A stretch of 64,000 nucleotides of DNA from a virus. Position 1 is the stretch's first letter; every line of letters begins with the position of its first letter. Positions 49,651 to 57,214 of the stretch are shown here, one piece after another. Location of the stretch: IMG/VR virus record IMGVR_UViG_3300025127_000025, positions 3,162 to 67,161 of that record; one strand, 5' to 3'. The position numbers and the translations under genes are program-made. The notes under the pieces are model-generated. The model made no database searches. It saw only the letters and a list, made by a program, of their open reading frames with translations, and was not told the origin of the DNA.

Positions 49651-49839
49651 TTACCATGATTTGTTTCGTTTGAACACTGAGTCTTGCCAAAAATGGCCAC
49701 ACTCCTTACACTGCCAGAGTTGTATTCTGCTTTTCCTATCCTCATTTTTATGGTACTTAGCAGTCAATCTATGGGGCACGTGAGTGTGATTGCAATTTCT
49801 ACATTTCACCTCAAGTCGTTTCATCAATCTGCCCATCAT
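49651..49839 (-). CDS. Zn-ribbon protein (TFIIS/RpoM C-terminal-like ending)
   Basis: CRNC...LWQCKECGHFW. Confidence 0.65.
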   Translation of the reverse strand: MMGRLMKRLEVKCRNCNHTHVPHRLTAKYHKNEDRKSRIQLWQCKECGHFWQDSVFKRNKSW

Positions 49840-51329
49840 GCTCCTCTCTTGGCTATGACGTCGTCAATCTTTAGAATCGCTGTAGTCACCTCTGTGGCAC
49901 TCAATATGGCCTGTCTCACGAGTGAGCATGGCTCTACAACGCCTAACTTATTCATCGATGCTATACCTTCGTTCTCCAAGTCAGGACCCATGTCTAATGA
50001 GCCATCCTGAATTGCGTGTCTTAGACTCAGTATGCAGTCCAACGGGTCTTGCCCACCATTCTCCGCTATCGTAGCAGGAATAATCTCCAGAGCCTCAGCA
50101 AACGCCTCTATCGCCATCTGCGCTCTTCCCTCCACAGTCGCTGCTTGAGAGCGTAGGTACGAAGCCATTGACGCATAGGTACTACCACCACCAGCGACAA
50201 CACCGTCCCCATTCATTACTAAGGACACAACACCCAACGCATCATCAAAACCTCTCTCAATCTCATCCAAAGTGGTTGTTGTCGCGCCACGAAGTACGAG
50301 TGTGGACTGGTCAGAGTCAACCATGCCCTCTACGAATATGTAATCAACATCATAATGCCTCTGCTTGTGTATCTTGCCTTTGGCGGCACACTCTACATCT
50401 GAGGGCATTTGCGCTATCGGTAGTCCTAATGTTGAGGACAGAGCCTTCATCGTGCTTTCTGGTAGTCTCCTAACCGCAGCGATATTATGCTTCTTCAGGT
50501 AAGCACACACGTGGTCGGATGCGCCATCTCTGACAAACACCACACCACCCTTTGGTAAATGCTTAGTGAGATTCTTGGCCTGCTCTAACATGTTCTCCCT
50601 ATCAGAGGACTTGAACGCACTGTATCCTTTCATGTCCAACTGAACCTGAACATTCTGTTCCGTCTTCTCTGGCTCTAGTCCCATGTTGACCAACAACATG
50701 TCACACTCCATCTCTACCTCATGCTCTATGGCATAGTCCTTATTGACTATGGCGCCGTTGAATAAATACGAGTCTCTGAGCGAGCCACCCGGTAGACTGA
50801 GGACTCTTACTTTTTCTGCATCTCCTGCTTTCTTCACTGCTTCCACACATAGTCGTGACACGGTTTCTGTCGCTGAGTCTAATGTCTTACCCGTAATCGC
50901 TGTCTTCGCTACAGCCGTCAAGGTTTCATCCGAGGCATCCCTAGACAGTGTTTCTTTGAGATACTCTGTTGCCATGTGAGCGGCTTCGTTGTATCCCTTG
51001 CACACTAAATTAGGGTGTAACCCACGATTCAGTAGGCTCTCGCTGTTTGTGAGCAACTGTCCTGCTAGCACCACTGTAGATGTCGTGCCGTCATAGCACA
51101 GGCTCTCCTGTGTGTGCGCGCACTCGATTATCATCTTGGCACCCGGATGAGCCACATCTAGTTCCCTCAATATGGTGGCGCCATCATTGGTTACAATAGC
51201 GTTCCCACCAGCGTCTACCATCATCTTGTCCCTACCATTGGGGCCAAGAGTGCTCTTCACAGTGTGAACTATCGTCTTCACTGCGTTTATGTTCGTTCTC
51301 AATGCATTTTCGTTTTCATTATCTGTCAT
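49836..51329 (-). CDS. group II chaperonin (thermosome-like)
   Basis: STLGPNGRDKM, VTNDGATIL, HPGAKM, DGTTS, VAGGG, IIPATIAENGG and ILKIDDVI. Confidence 0.95.
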   Translation of the reverse strand: MTDNENENALRTNINAVKTIVHTVKSTLGPNGRDKMMVDAGGNAIVTNDGATILRELDVAHPGAKMIIECAHTQESLCYDGTTSTVVLAGQLLTNSESLLNRGLHPNLVCKGYNEAAHMATEYLKETLSRDASDETLTAVAKTAITGKTLDSATETVSRLCVEAVKKAGDAEKVRVLSLPGGSLRDSYLFNGAIVNKDYAIEHEVEMECDMLLVNMGLEPEKTEQNVQVQLDMKGYSAFKSSDRENMLEQAKNLTKHLPKGGVVFVRDGASDHVCAYLKKHNIAAVRRLPESTMKALSSTLGLPIAQMPSDVECAAKGKIHKQRHYDVDYIFVEGMVDSDQSTLVLRGATTTTLDEIERGFDDALGVVSLVMNGDGVVAGGGSTYASMASYLRSQAATVEGRAQMAIEAFAEALEIIPATIAENGGQDPLDCILSLRHAIQDGSLDMGPDLENEGIASMNKLGVVEPCSLVRQAILSATEVTTAILKIDDVIAKRGA

Positions 51330-51330
51330 A

Positions 51331-51939
51331 TTACCACTCCACTTCCACTTCTATTATCTCCCCGGTCTCTAGGGAGCGTGATTTGATTATACCCTCGTTT
51401 CTACCGACCATGAATAGGTCATACGTTAGTTGCGCATCGCTTACGCAATATTTGATTACGTCTTCGAACCTACCTTGCGCCCAAGCCTCTGGTGCCTCTA
51501 GGCTGTCCATTAACTTGCTTTGATTGAGATTGTGTTTGGATAGAGTGTTCAATGACATCTCCAGTAAACCATATGGTAATGCTGCCTTTTGAAACATGGT
51601 CTTCGTGTCAAAGACAGTCTCAGTCTTCTGCATGACATCCCCTACAGCCCAGCAATCGAGGGAATCTCTCAAGACAGGGAAATCAAAACCTAGGATATTG
51701 TGACCCAGTATCTTACCGCCCTTCTCCACGAAGTCAGTGATATGGTCACCTAAGATTCTAGGATGTAATGGGAGAACCTCTAAACCGTCTATGTCTATCT
51801 CCTGCTTGGAGAATACAGTTGCGTTATCACCATCCCAAGTAGCAACCACTGTAGGGTCAAAGAGAGCCTTGTTCTCCCATCCACCAATCTCCCACGAATA
51901 ATTGCTAGTCTCTATATCCAGTGCCATTATGTCAGTCAT
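51331..51939 (-). CDS. DEDD/RNase H-like 3'-5' exonuclease
   Basis: ALDIET, GHNILGFDFPVL and YCVSD correspond to ExoI, ExoII and ExoIII. Confidence 0.85.
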   Translation of the reverse strand: MTDIMALDIETSNYSWEIGGWENKALFDPTVVATWDGDNATVFSKQEIDIDGLEVLPLHPRILGDHITDFVEKGGKILGHNILGFDFPVLRDSLDCWAVGDVMQKTETVFDTKTMFQKAALPYGLLEMSLNTLSKHNLNQSKLMDSLEAPEAWAQGRFEDVIKYCVSDAQLTYDLFMVGRNEGIIKSRSLETGEIIEVEVEW

Positions 51940-52136
51940 TCTTCCTCAACTCCTAGCAATTGCGACGCCATGTCCATCATCGACGAGAGGCACCACTCGC
52001 AAAAGGCCACCGGCATAATACCCCAATAACCAGCGATTCCACCTCTTCCTTCAAAATCAGTATCCGTACCACATACGGAACAGACACTGAATATGTCGGA
52101 CTCTTCCTCCTCTTCACTCTCGGGAAATTCCATCAT
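51936..52136 (-). CDS. small Zn-finger protein
   Basis: CSVC...FCEWC; ATGA overlaps at both ends. Confidence 0.65.
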   Translation of the reverse strand: MMEFPESEEEEESDIFSVCSVCGTDTDFEGRGGIAGYWGIMPVAFCEWCLSSMMDMASQLLGVEEE

Positions 52137-53524
52137 GCGTCATCTCTCAATCTTAGGAATACAATCTTGCCATCCTTACCAGTGTCAAACATCTTAGTAG
52201 CCCACTTGTTGAAGTGGTTGTAGGCTGTGCCTCTTGTCACTTGATTCTGATTCATGTACGCAGCCATCACATCAGAGCGCTTTCTCCAATTGTCACCTCT
52301 ACCACCAAGGTCGAAGGGGTTGCTTGTGTCGTGAGCACTAAGCCACCTAGCCTTCTGATTAGCCTTCTCTGCTACCTTGGCACCTATCTCTACTTCTCCC
52401 TCCAACCACTCTATGAGGTTGTTGAACAAATCATACAGAATTTCCTTGGCCATATCCACATGCTCGTCATTAACGACCCAAGTCTCTTCCATCAACGCTA
52501 TGTGAGTTGATAGAATCACTGTGTAGTTCTCCATCGCGGGGATGAAAGATGCAACGACATCACCAATCCCCGGTCCTAAACCAGTCAGTAAGTCATAGTA
52601 GTCCTCTATCGCCGTATACATCGCTGGATAGAATGAATCATCAGCGCTGAGAATGTCAGTCATAGATGATTGAAGCAACTCTTCTTGCTCCTCCCTTGGC
52701 ATGCTGTCCCATTCAATGAATCTAGTTTCATTTACTTCTAGCACCTTCTCCCTCATTCTCTTCTCCAAATTTTGGAAGTATGTTGTAATGTCTTCATAAC
52801 TCACAGCCATCTTTGGGGTCTTCTTGAAGGCCGCGTCGGCTCTTCTCATACTGACGTTCATTCTTCTGTCCATGCTCCAATTTGACCAGTACAGCAGAAC
52901 TCTCTGGAAGATACCCTTTGTCAGAACGTATTCCTTCACACCAGAAGGTGGGTATGTCGTAATCCACAGTGACACCAGTGATTCAGTCTCTATCCTACCT
53001 GCTTTGGTATGCTTAACGAGTATGTTGTTGTTGCTACCCACAGGATTGCAGGCTGATTGTAGGTACAACACTGTCTCCTGACTGTGCTTGTTAGGATTGA
53101 GTATGATTGAACCCTCGTCGAAGTTCAGCGCTTTCCGTCCGTTTAGGAATCCCTCTTTTTCGATGGTCTCTACATTGCCGTCTCCGTCTTTTATCTCCTC
53201 AAAGCCACCTATCAGACCAGCATCGGTCCCTGTGGTGTACAAGTCAGTTGGGATGCCAATGTCCTTCAGGATGTCACCTATAAATTCCCAAGCGATTGAC
53301 TTTCCTGTCCTACTAGACTGAATCCAGAAAGCGTGGACTCTCGGGTCCAAGTGGGATGTGCCCCAAGGTATTCTGATGTAAGGCACTGCTAATTGACCCT
53401 GAATGAAGAAGAAGGACAGCATACCGGGTATGTCATTGTCTATCGATGTTTTACCAAAGTGTTCCAGATATCCCTTGAATATGGGATGCTTGTTGACTAT
53501 CTCGTATTGTTCCGCTCTCTTCAT
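52133..53524 (-). CDS. MCM-like AAA+ helicase (short form)
   Basis: RVHAFWIQSSRTGKS (Walker A), TGTDAGLIG, EKEGFL...ALNFDE (Walker B) and IFQR (Arg finger). Confidence 0.7.
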   Translation of the reverse strand: MKRAEQYEIVNKHPIFKGYLEHFGKTSIDNDIPGMLSFFFIQGQLAVPYIRIPWGTSHLDPRVHAFWIQSSRTGKSIAWEFIGDILKDIGIPTDLYTTGTDAGLIGGFEEIKDGDGNVETIEKEGFLNGRKALNFDEGSIILNPNKHSQETVLYLQSACNPVGSNNNILVKHTKAGRIETESLVSLWITTYPPSGVKEYVLTKGIFQRVLLYWSNWSMDRRMNVSMRRADAAFKKTPKMAVSYEDITTYFQNLEKRMREKVLEVNETRFIEWDSMPREEQEELLQSSMTDILSADDSFYPAMYTAIEDYYDLLTGLGPGIGDVVASFIPAMENYTVILSTHIALMEETWVVNDEHVDMAKEILYDLFNNLIEWLEGEVEIGAKVAEKANQKARWLSAHDTSNPFDLGGRGDNWRKRSDVMAAYMNQNQVTRGTAYNHFNKWATKMFDTGKDGKIVFLRLRDDA

Positions 53525-53525
53525 A

Positions 53526-53556
53526 ACTGACCCGAAATCTGGTCAGTATATTATAA
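53526..53556 (-). promoter_or_regulatory. TATA box (TTATAATA, 53556-53549) plus inverted repeat ACTGACC-N8-GGTCAGT (53526-53547) upstream of the MCM-like gene
   Basis: TATA box about 25-32 nt before ATG 53524, with a purine-rich BRE-like stretch upstream; a perfect 7-bp inverted repeat lies between the TATA box and the start. Confidence 0.6.
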
Positions 53557-53574
53557 TTCCTATTTTTCTAATGT

Positions 53575-54276
53575 TTAATCTATACGTTTAAACTTGTTTG
53601 CCTCGACGTGAACAGGGGTTTCGCTAGTCAGAACCTCGATGACTTTCTTTCTACCCTTCTCACCCAGACCCTTGACCATCTTGAGGGATTCGGGGAAGCA
53701 CATCTCCTCTATTGAACCACACTCGGAGAGAAGTTTACTCGCCATTTGCCCCCCAATGCCGGGGATTGTCAACAACATGTCCTTCCTTACGTCGTTAGTG
53801 CTGACTCTTCTTATTGCCTTGGCGCCATGTGCTGATGCGGGTTTGTGCAACTTGTTGTGTAGTTTCACTATGAAGAGCGCTGCCTCGCTTAGATTGGGTG
53901 TGAAAAACACTTGACAATCGAAGTCACTCATGATGCGTGCTATTGTCCCTATGAGTTCATTCTGCACTCTAGTGTATGTGAGTTTCTTACCGTTGTTTTT
54001 ACTCATGGCAATGTACTTGTCTATACCACCGTGTATCAGGAGGAAGAATCTCTCATAGTTTGCATCCATATTGTCTAATTGCCTCCATAGATGACCGCTG
54101 TGACTTGATTGAAATAAATCACTGATTGACTTTGCCTCAACGCAGGCGTTGCCTAAGAGATAATCACCAACAACCAGTGTTTTTTTCTGCACACTCAATC
54201 CTACTGACTCGGCCTTTCTTATGACAGAGTCATGAAGGGGGCCTCTTTCATTCGTATCTATGGTTAAATCAGCCAT
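53575..54276 (-). CDS. ERCC4/XPF-family nuclease with tandem HhH motifs
   Basis: IDTNE, LVVGDY, VEAKSISDL..S...GHLW.Q, IPGIG and VKGLG. Confidence 0.9.
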   Translation of the reverse strand: MADLTIDTNERGPLHDSVIRKAESVGLSVQKKTLVVGDYLLGNACVEAKSISDLFQSSHSGHLWRQLDNMDANYERFFLLIHGGIDKYIAMSKNNGKKLTYTRVQNELIGTIARIMSDFDCQVFFTPNLSEAALFIVKLHNKLHKPASAHGAKAIRRVSTNDVRKDMLLTIPGIGGQMASKLLSECGSIEEMCFPESLKMVKGLGEKGRKKVIEVLTSETPVHVEANKFKRID

Positions 54277-54484
54277 TTGTCATCCTCCAATGCATTCCGC
54301 AGTATTCTTCTGATTTGTGTGACTTCCTGAACTTACACCTGTTTCCGTCTTTCTTAATGTACATGCATCTATTTTCATGTTTTACCTCTTTTATACATAC
54401 ATGACATAGTTGTGTGAAATTACTCCTTTTCTTATTGTTATTTCTTGATGTAAGTTTTCTACCACAGTCTGTGCATTTATTCAG
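54269..54484 (-). CDS. 71-aa double Zn-finger protein, apparent CTG start (not in ORF track)
   Basis: (M)NKCTDCG...LCHVC...RCMYIKKDGNRCK...YCGMHWRMTNG*. GAGGTG SD, then CTG overlapping the primase stop as CTGA. Confidence 0.6.
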   Translation of the reverse strand: MNKCTDCGRKLTSRNNNKKRSNFTQLCHVCIKEVKHENRCMYIKKDGNRCKFRKSHKSEEYCGMHWRMTNG

Positions 54485-55590
54485 GAGACCACCTCAGCAG
54501 TGCCGTCATAGAACTCGCACTTACCCACGCACAGTCCCTCTTGCATGAGTGTCAGACAATTAGCATGTTTATATCCACTATGGCCGTTGCTACCCATTAC
54601 TATACTGCTTACTTGAGTTGTGGTGATATCTTCGTTCCAATCAACCCATCCTTGTTGGCTAAGAATATCTACTATCTGTAAAACGTGCTCTTGCTTTTTC
54701 TCTAACGTTACGCTCTCTGGGGGGAAGAACCACCTCATCCTATCTGCCAGATATGTTGCTAAATGGAATCTTGCTCTGTGAATCGGATTGCCCTCGCCGA
54801 GTGCCGCTTGTGCTAGGCATGGAAGGACTTTGATATTGTTCAGGGATATAGTTGGTAGATTCTTGACCTCCGTTGACCTCTTGAATACGGACGGCCTTTT
54901 TTCTGGTAACACCATGTTGATGTCTTTACTGCCTATCTGTATGTAGCCCTCTCTCGGCTCTTGAGCGACATCAAGCAACTCGTCATGTGATAGTGAAAGT
55001 ATCTCATCACTGGTTAGTGGTATACTCCAACAACCCCTCCTTGTGTTGTAAGAGTTAGGTAAGCGTATCATACCTGCTAGGTCAAAGGCAACAGTGGGGT
55101 CATTACAGGATAGGCTAAGTTTCTTGTCCCAGTTACTTATTAGATTCCTACCGGCTTGTTTAATTCTGGTTACCTCTAATCCATCAGTTGGTGTGAATAC
55201 TTCAGATAACGGTACGTAAATGTGGTAACCACCGCCACTGAACCAGACATAGTGTCTGAAGTCATTATCAAGGAAATGTCTGTGTAATCTTCTGACTTGT
55301 TCTTGCATGAAAGAGAAATCGACTTTCTGTCCCCTGTTCTTGAAGTCTTTGCAATCAAAGTCCATTACGAAGTGTCTGACAATTGCGCTGTTATATTCTA
55401 CTCTGTGATGCTTGGGCGGAGCGGTTCTTCTGTAACCGTAGGCAGTGAAATAGGCATTGCCTCTACCGTTCTTACCTCTCCAATATCTTTCCAAGTCGTC
55501 CCAACTGCGAACGATGTACCTGCCACCGTTTCTACCGTTATCGCCTATCTCTAGAACTTCTCTTGGAAAATCCAAGTCTATGAAAGCCAT
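54481..55590 (-). CDS. archaeo-eukaryotic primase, catalytic subunit fused to a PriL-like Fe-S domain
   Basis: MDFD, FSGGGYH and IRLPNSYN, then LPCL...HRARFHLA...CLTL..GLCVGKC. Confidence 0.85.
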   Translation of the reverse strand: MAFIDLDFPREVLEIGDNGRNGGRYIVRSWDDLERYWRGKNGRGNAYFTAYGYRRTAPPKHHRVEYNSAIVRHFVMDFDCKDFKNRGQKVDFSFMQEQVRRLHRHFLDNDFRHYVWFSGGGYHIYVPLSEVFTPTDGLEVTRIKQAGRNLISNWDKKLSLSCNDPTVAFDLAGMIRLPNSYNTRRGCWSIPLTSDEILSLSHDELLDVAQEPREGYIQIGSKDINMVLPEKRPSVFKRSTEVKNLPTISLNNIKVLPCLAQAALGEGNPIHRARFHLATYLADRMRWFFPPESVTLEKKQEHVLQIVDILSQQGWVDWNEDITTTQVSSIVMGSNGHSGYKHANCLTLMQEGLCVGKCEFYDGTAEVVS

Positions 55591-55596
55591 GAGCCC

Positions 55597-55890
55597 TCAT
55601 TCCTGAATATTCTTCTTAACAAAGTCTTGACGTAGTTCTAGAGCCATTTTGTCGACTGACCAGTCGTTCAGGAACCTTGGATTAACAAAGACGTCAAAGA
55701 CAAGGTAGGACGGTATGCCTTTATCCTCATCATTGTAGTCATCCAAAGTCATTTGGGTGGTTAGGCTCGTCTCATATGGTGTTTTACTACCCAACATACC
55801 CTTAAACAGATTAATCTGAATCCGTTCATCCACAGCGCTCAATACATATTCTTCCAACAGTTGTTTAACTTCTTTCATTTTCTCTTTCAT
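55597..55890 (-). CDS. hypothetical protein with PIP-box-like motif
   Basis: Contains QMTLDDY (55755-55735). Confidence 0.6.
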   Translation of the reverse strand: MKEKMKEVKQLLEEYVLSAVDERIQINLFKGMLGSKTPYETSLTTQMTLDDYNDEDKGIPSYLVFDVFVNPRFLNDWSVDKMALELRQDFVKKNIQE

Positions 55891-55892
55891 AC

Positions 55893-56837
55893 TTACACCT
55901 CCACAGTGATATCATTCCACGCAGGACACATGTCCATGTAATCGCACCACTCACACTTCCTCGCGTGTGGTTCTGGTGGAAATGAATCTTCTATATGTGA
56001 TTTGACCAGTTTCTTCAGTTTGTTATCAACAGTCTTCGGTGCGTATCTGGTCTTCCTTGTACCGATTTCCTCTATTTCCCATTCCGCCTTCACCCCTCCG
56101 TTGTCCTGACCGTTTGGGAACTCCCATGCCCAGTGCGTCACTGGGAGGAACTTTGCGAACTGACCCTCCTCAAGGGCGAGTCTGTAGAACTGCATCTCCT
56201 CCCTCATGCTCTTAGCCTTCTTAAGATTCCATTTACCAGTCTTCAACTCCATGAGGACAAACCCGCCCTCGCCGTCCGAGAAGATGGTATCGATGAAGCC
56301 CCTCATGTGTATAGGCACACTGACGCCATCGACCTCCACCTCTCTACGGGCATGGAATGATACCTCATTGCCTACTGGTCTCCAGTCCTTACCTTCATCA
56401 AGTAGAAGCAGTCTCTTGAATTGCCACTCCAACCATCGCTCAATCACTGCCTCCTCCCCGTATGCATAAGGCTCAGGAGGTTTTGGCACCACACTCCTGA
56501 GTAGTTCCATGGCGGCGTATTGATTGTCTTTTTCTATGTGGCTTAGAACCTCAGGCATCACTTCATCGACATGGTCCCAGAAGTATTCTACTATCGCGTG
56601 CACGTTCGTGCCCCGGACCATCGTGTAATTTTCTTCAACCGGCATTTTGTGTATGTACTGCAACTTGTATTGATATTGACAGAAGCCGTGTGTGCCCAAT
56701 GATGACTTACTCACTCTGAGTATTTTATCCATGTCAGGAGTCCAAGCGTAAGTGCTGTTTTCATAAGACTTCAGCAGTTCCTCGTCGTGGTACTCCTTGT
56801 TCTCAAAGAAGGCAGTCTCGTTAGGATTGAACTTCAT
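55893..56837 (-). CDS. Cas4/AddB-like PD-(D/E)xK exonuclease with Fe-S cysteines
   Basis: FCQYQY, RGTNVH, GFIDTI, ELKTG, QFY and C-terminal CEWCDYMDMC. Start placed at ATG 56837 (ATGA overlap). Confidence 0.85.
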   Translation of the reverse strand: MKFNPNETAFFENKEYHDEELLKSYENSTYAWTPDMDKILRVSKSSLGTHGFCQYQYKLQYIHKMPVEENYTMVRGTNVHAIVEYFWDHVDEVMPEVLSHIEKDNQYAAMELLRSVVPKPPEPYAYGEEAVIERWLEWQFKRLLLLDEGKDWRPVGNEVSFHARREVEVDGVSVPIHMRGFIDTIFSDGEGGFVLMELKTGKWNLKKAKSMREEMQFYRLALEEGQFAKFLPVTHWAWEFPNGQDNGGVKAEWEIEEIGTRKTRYAPKTVDNKLKKLVKSHIEDSFPPEPHARKCEWCDYMDMCPAWNDITVEV

Positions 56838-56959
56838 TCGCCACACCCCTCGCATCTGAATTGTGAGAAAGGTCTTTGACAATTAGGACACATAGGAGTT
56901 CCATTCACCATATGTGTAGTAGTAAGTCCTTGCCAGCCGCAATTGCATTTTGATATCAT
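56834..56959 (-). CDS. 41-aa Zn-finger microprotein (not in ORF track)
   Basis: MISKCNCGWQG...MCPNCQRPFSQFRCEGCGE*; ATGA overlaps at both ends. Confidence 0.7.
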   Translation of the reverse strand: MISKCNCGWQGLTTTHMVNGTPMCPNCQRPFSQFRCEGCGE

Positions 56960-57210
56960 TCATCTTCCTCCATTTCCTTCAACTTCGCTCTGAGATAGTC
57001 TTTCCTAATATTCTTCATCTCCAACCTATCCTGTTCAGCCTCGATTAATTTTTGCAGATAGACCGCAAGGTCCATCGCTTCCTCTTGGGCATGAATCAAC
57101 CACTCTAGTTGTGATAAGGGAGCGGTTTCCATTGTGACACCGTACTTCCTCTTACCGACTTCTGCTCTTTGCTGTATTCTCTTACACACTTCATCCTCTA
57201 TCCTACTCAT
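56956..57210 (-). CDS. putative all-alpha (MazG-like) NTP pyrophosphohydrolase-family protein
   Basis: R...G..KYGVT...WL.HAQEEAMDLAVYL has the EExxD pattern; start placed at ATG 57210. Confidence 0.5.
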   Translation of the reverse strand: MSRIEDEVCKRIQQRAEVGKRKYGVTMETAPLSQLEWLIHAQEEAMDLAVYLQKLIEAEQDRLEMKNIRKDYLRAKLKEMEEDE

Positions 57211-57214
57211 AATA

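Noticed and set aside
55893-56837. Cas4-like gene as evidence of a CRISPR-Cas system
   Set aside because: No repeat-spacer array or other cas genes seen; solo Cas4-like nucleases are common in archaeal virus replication modules.
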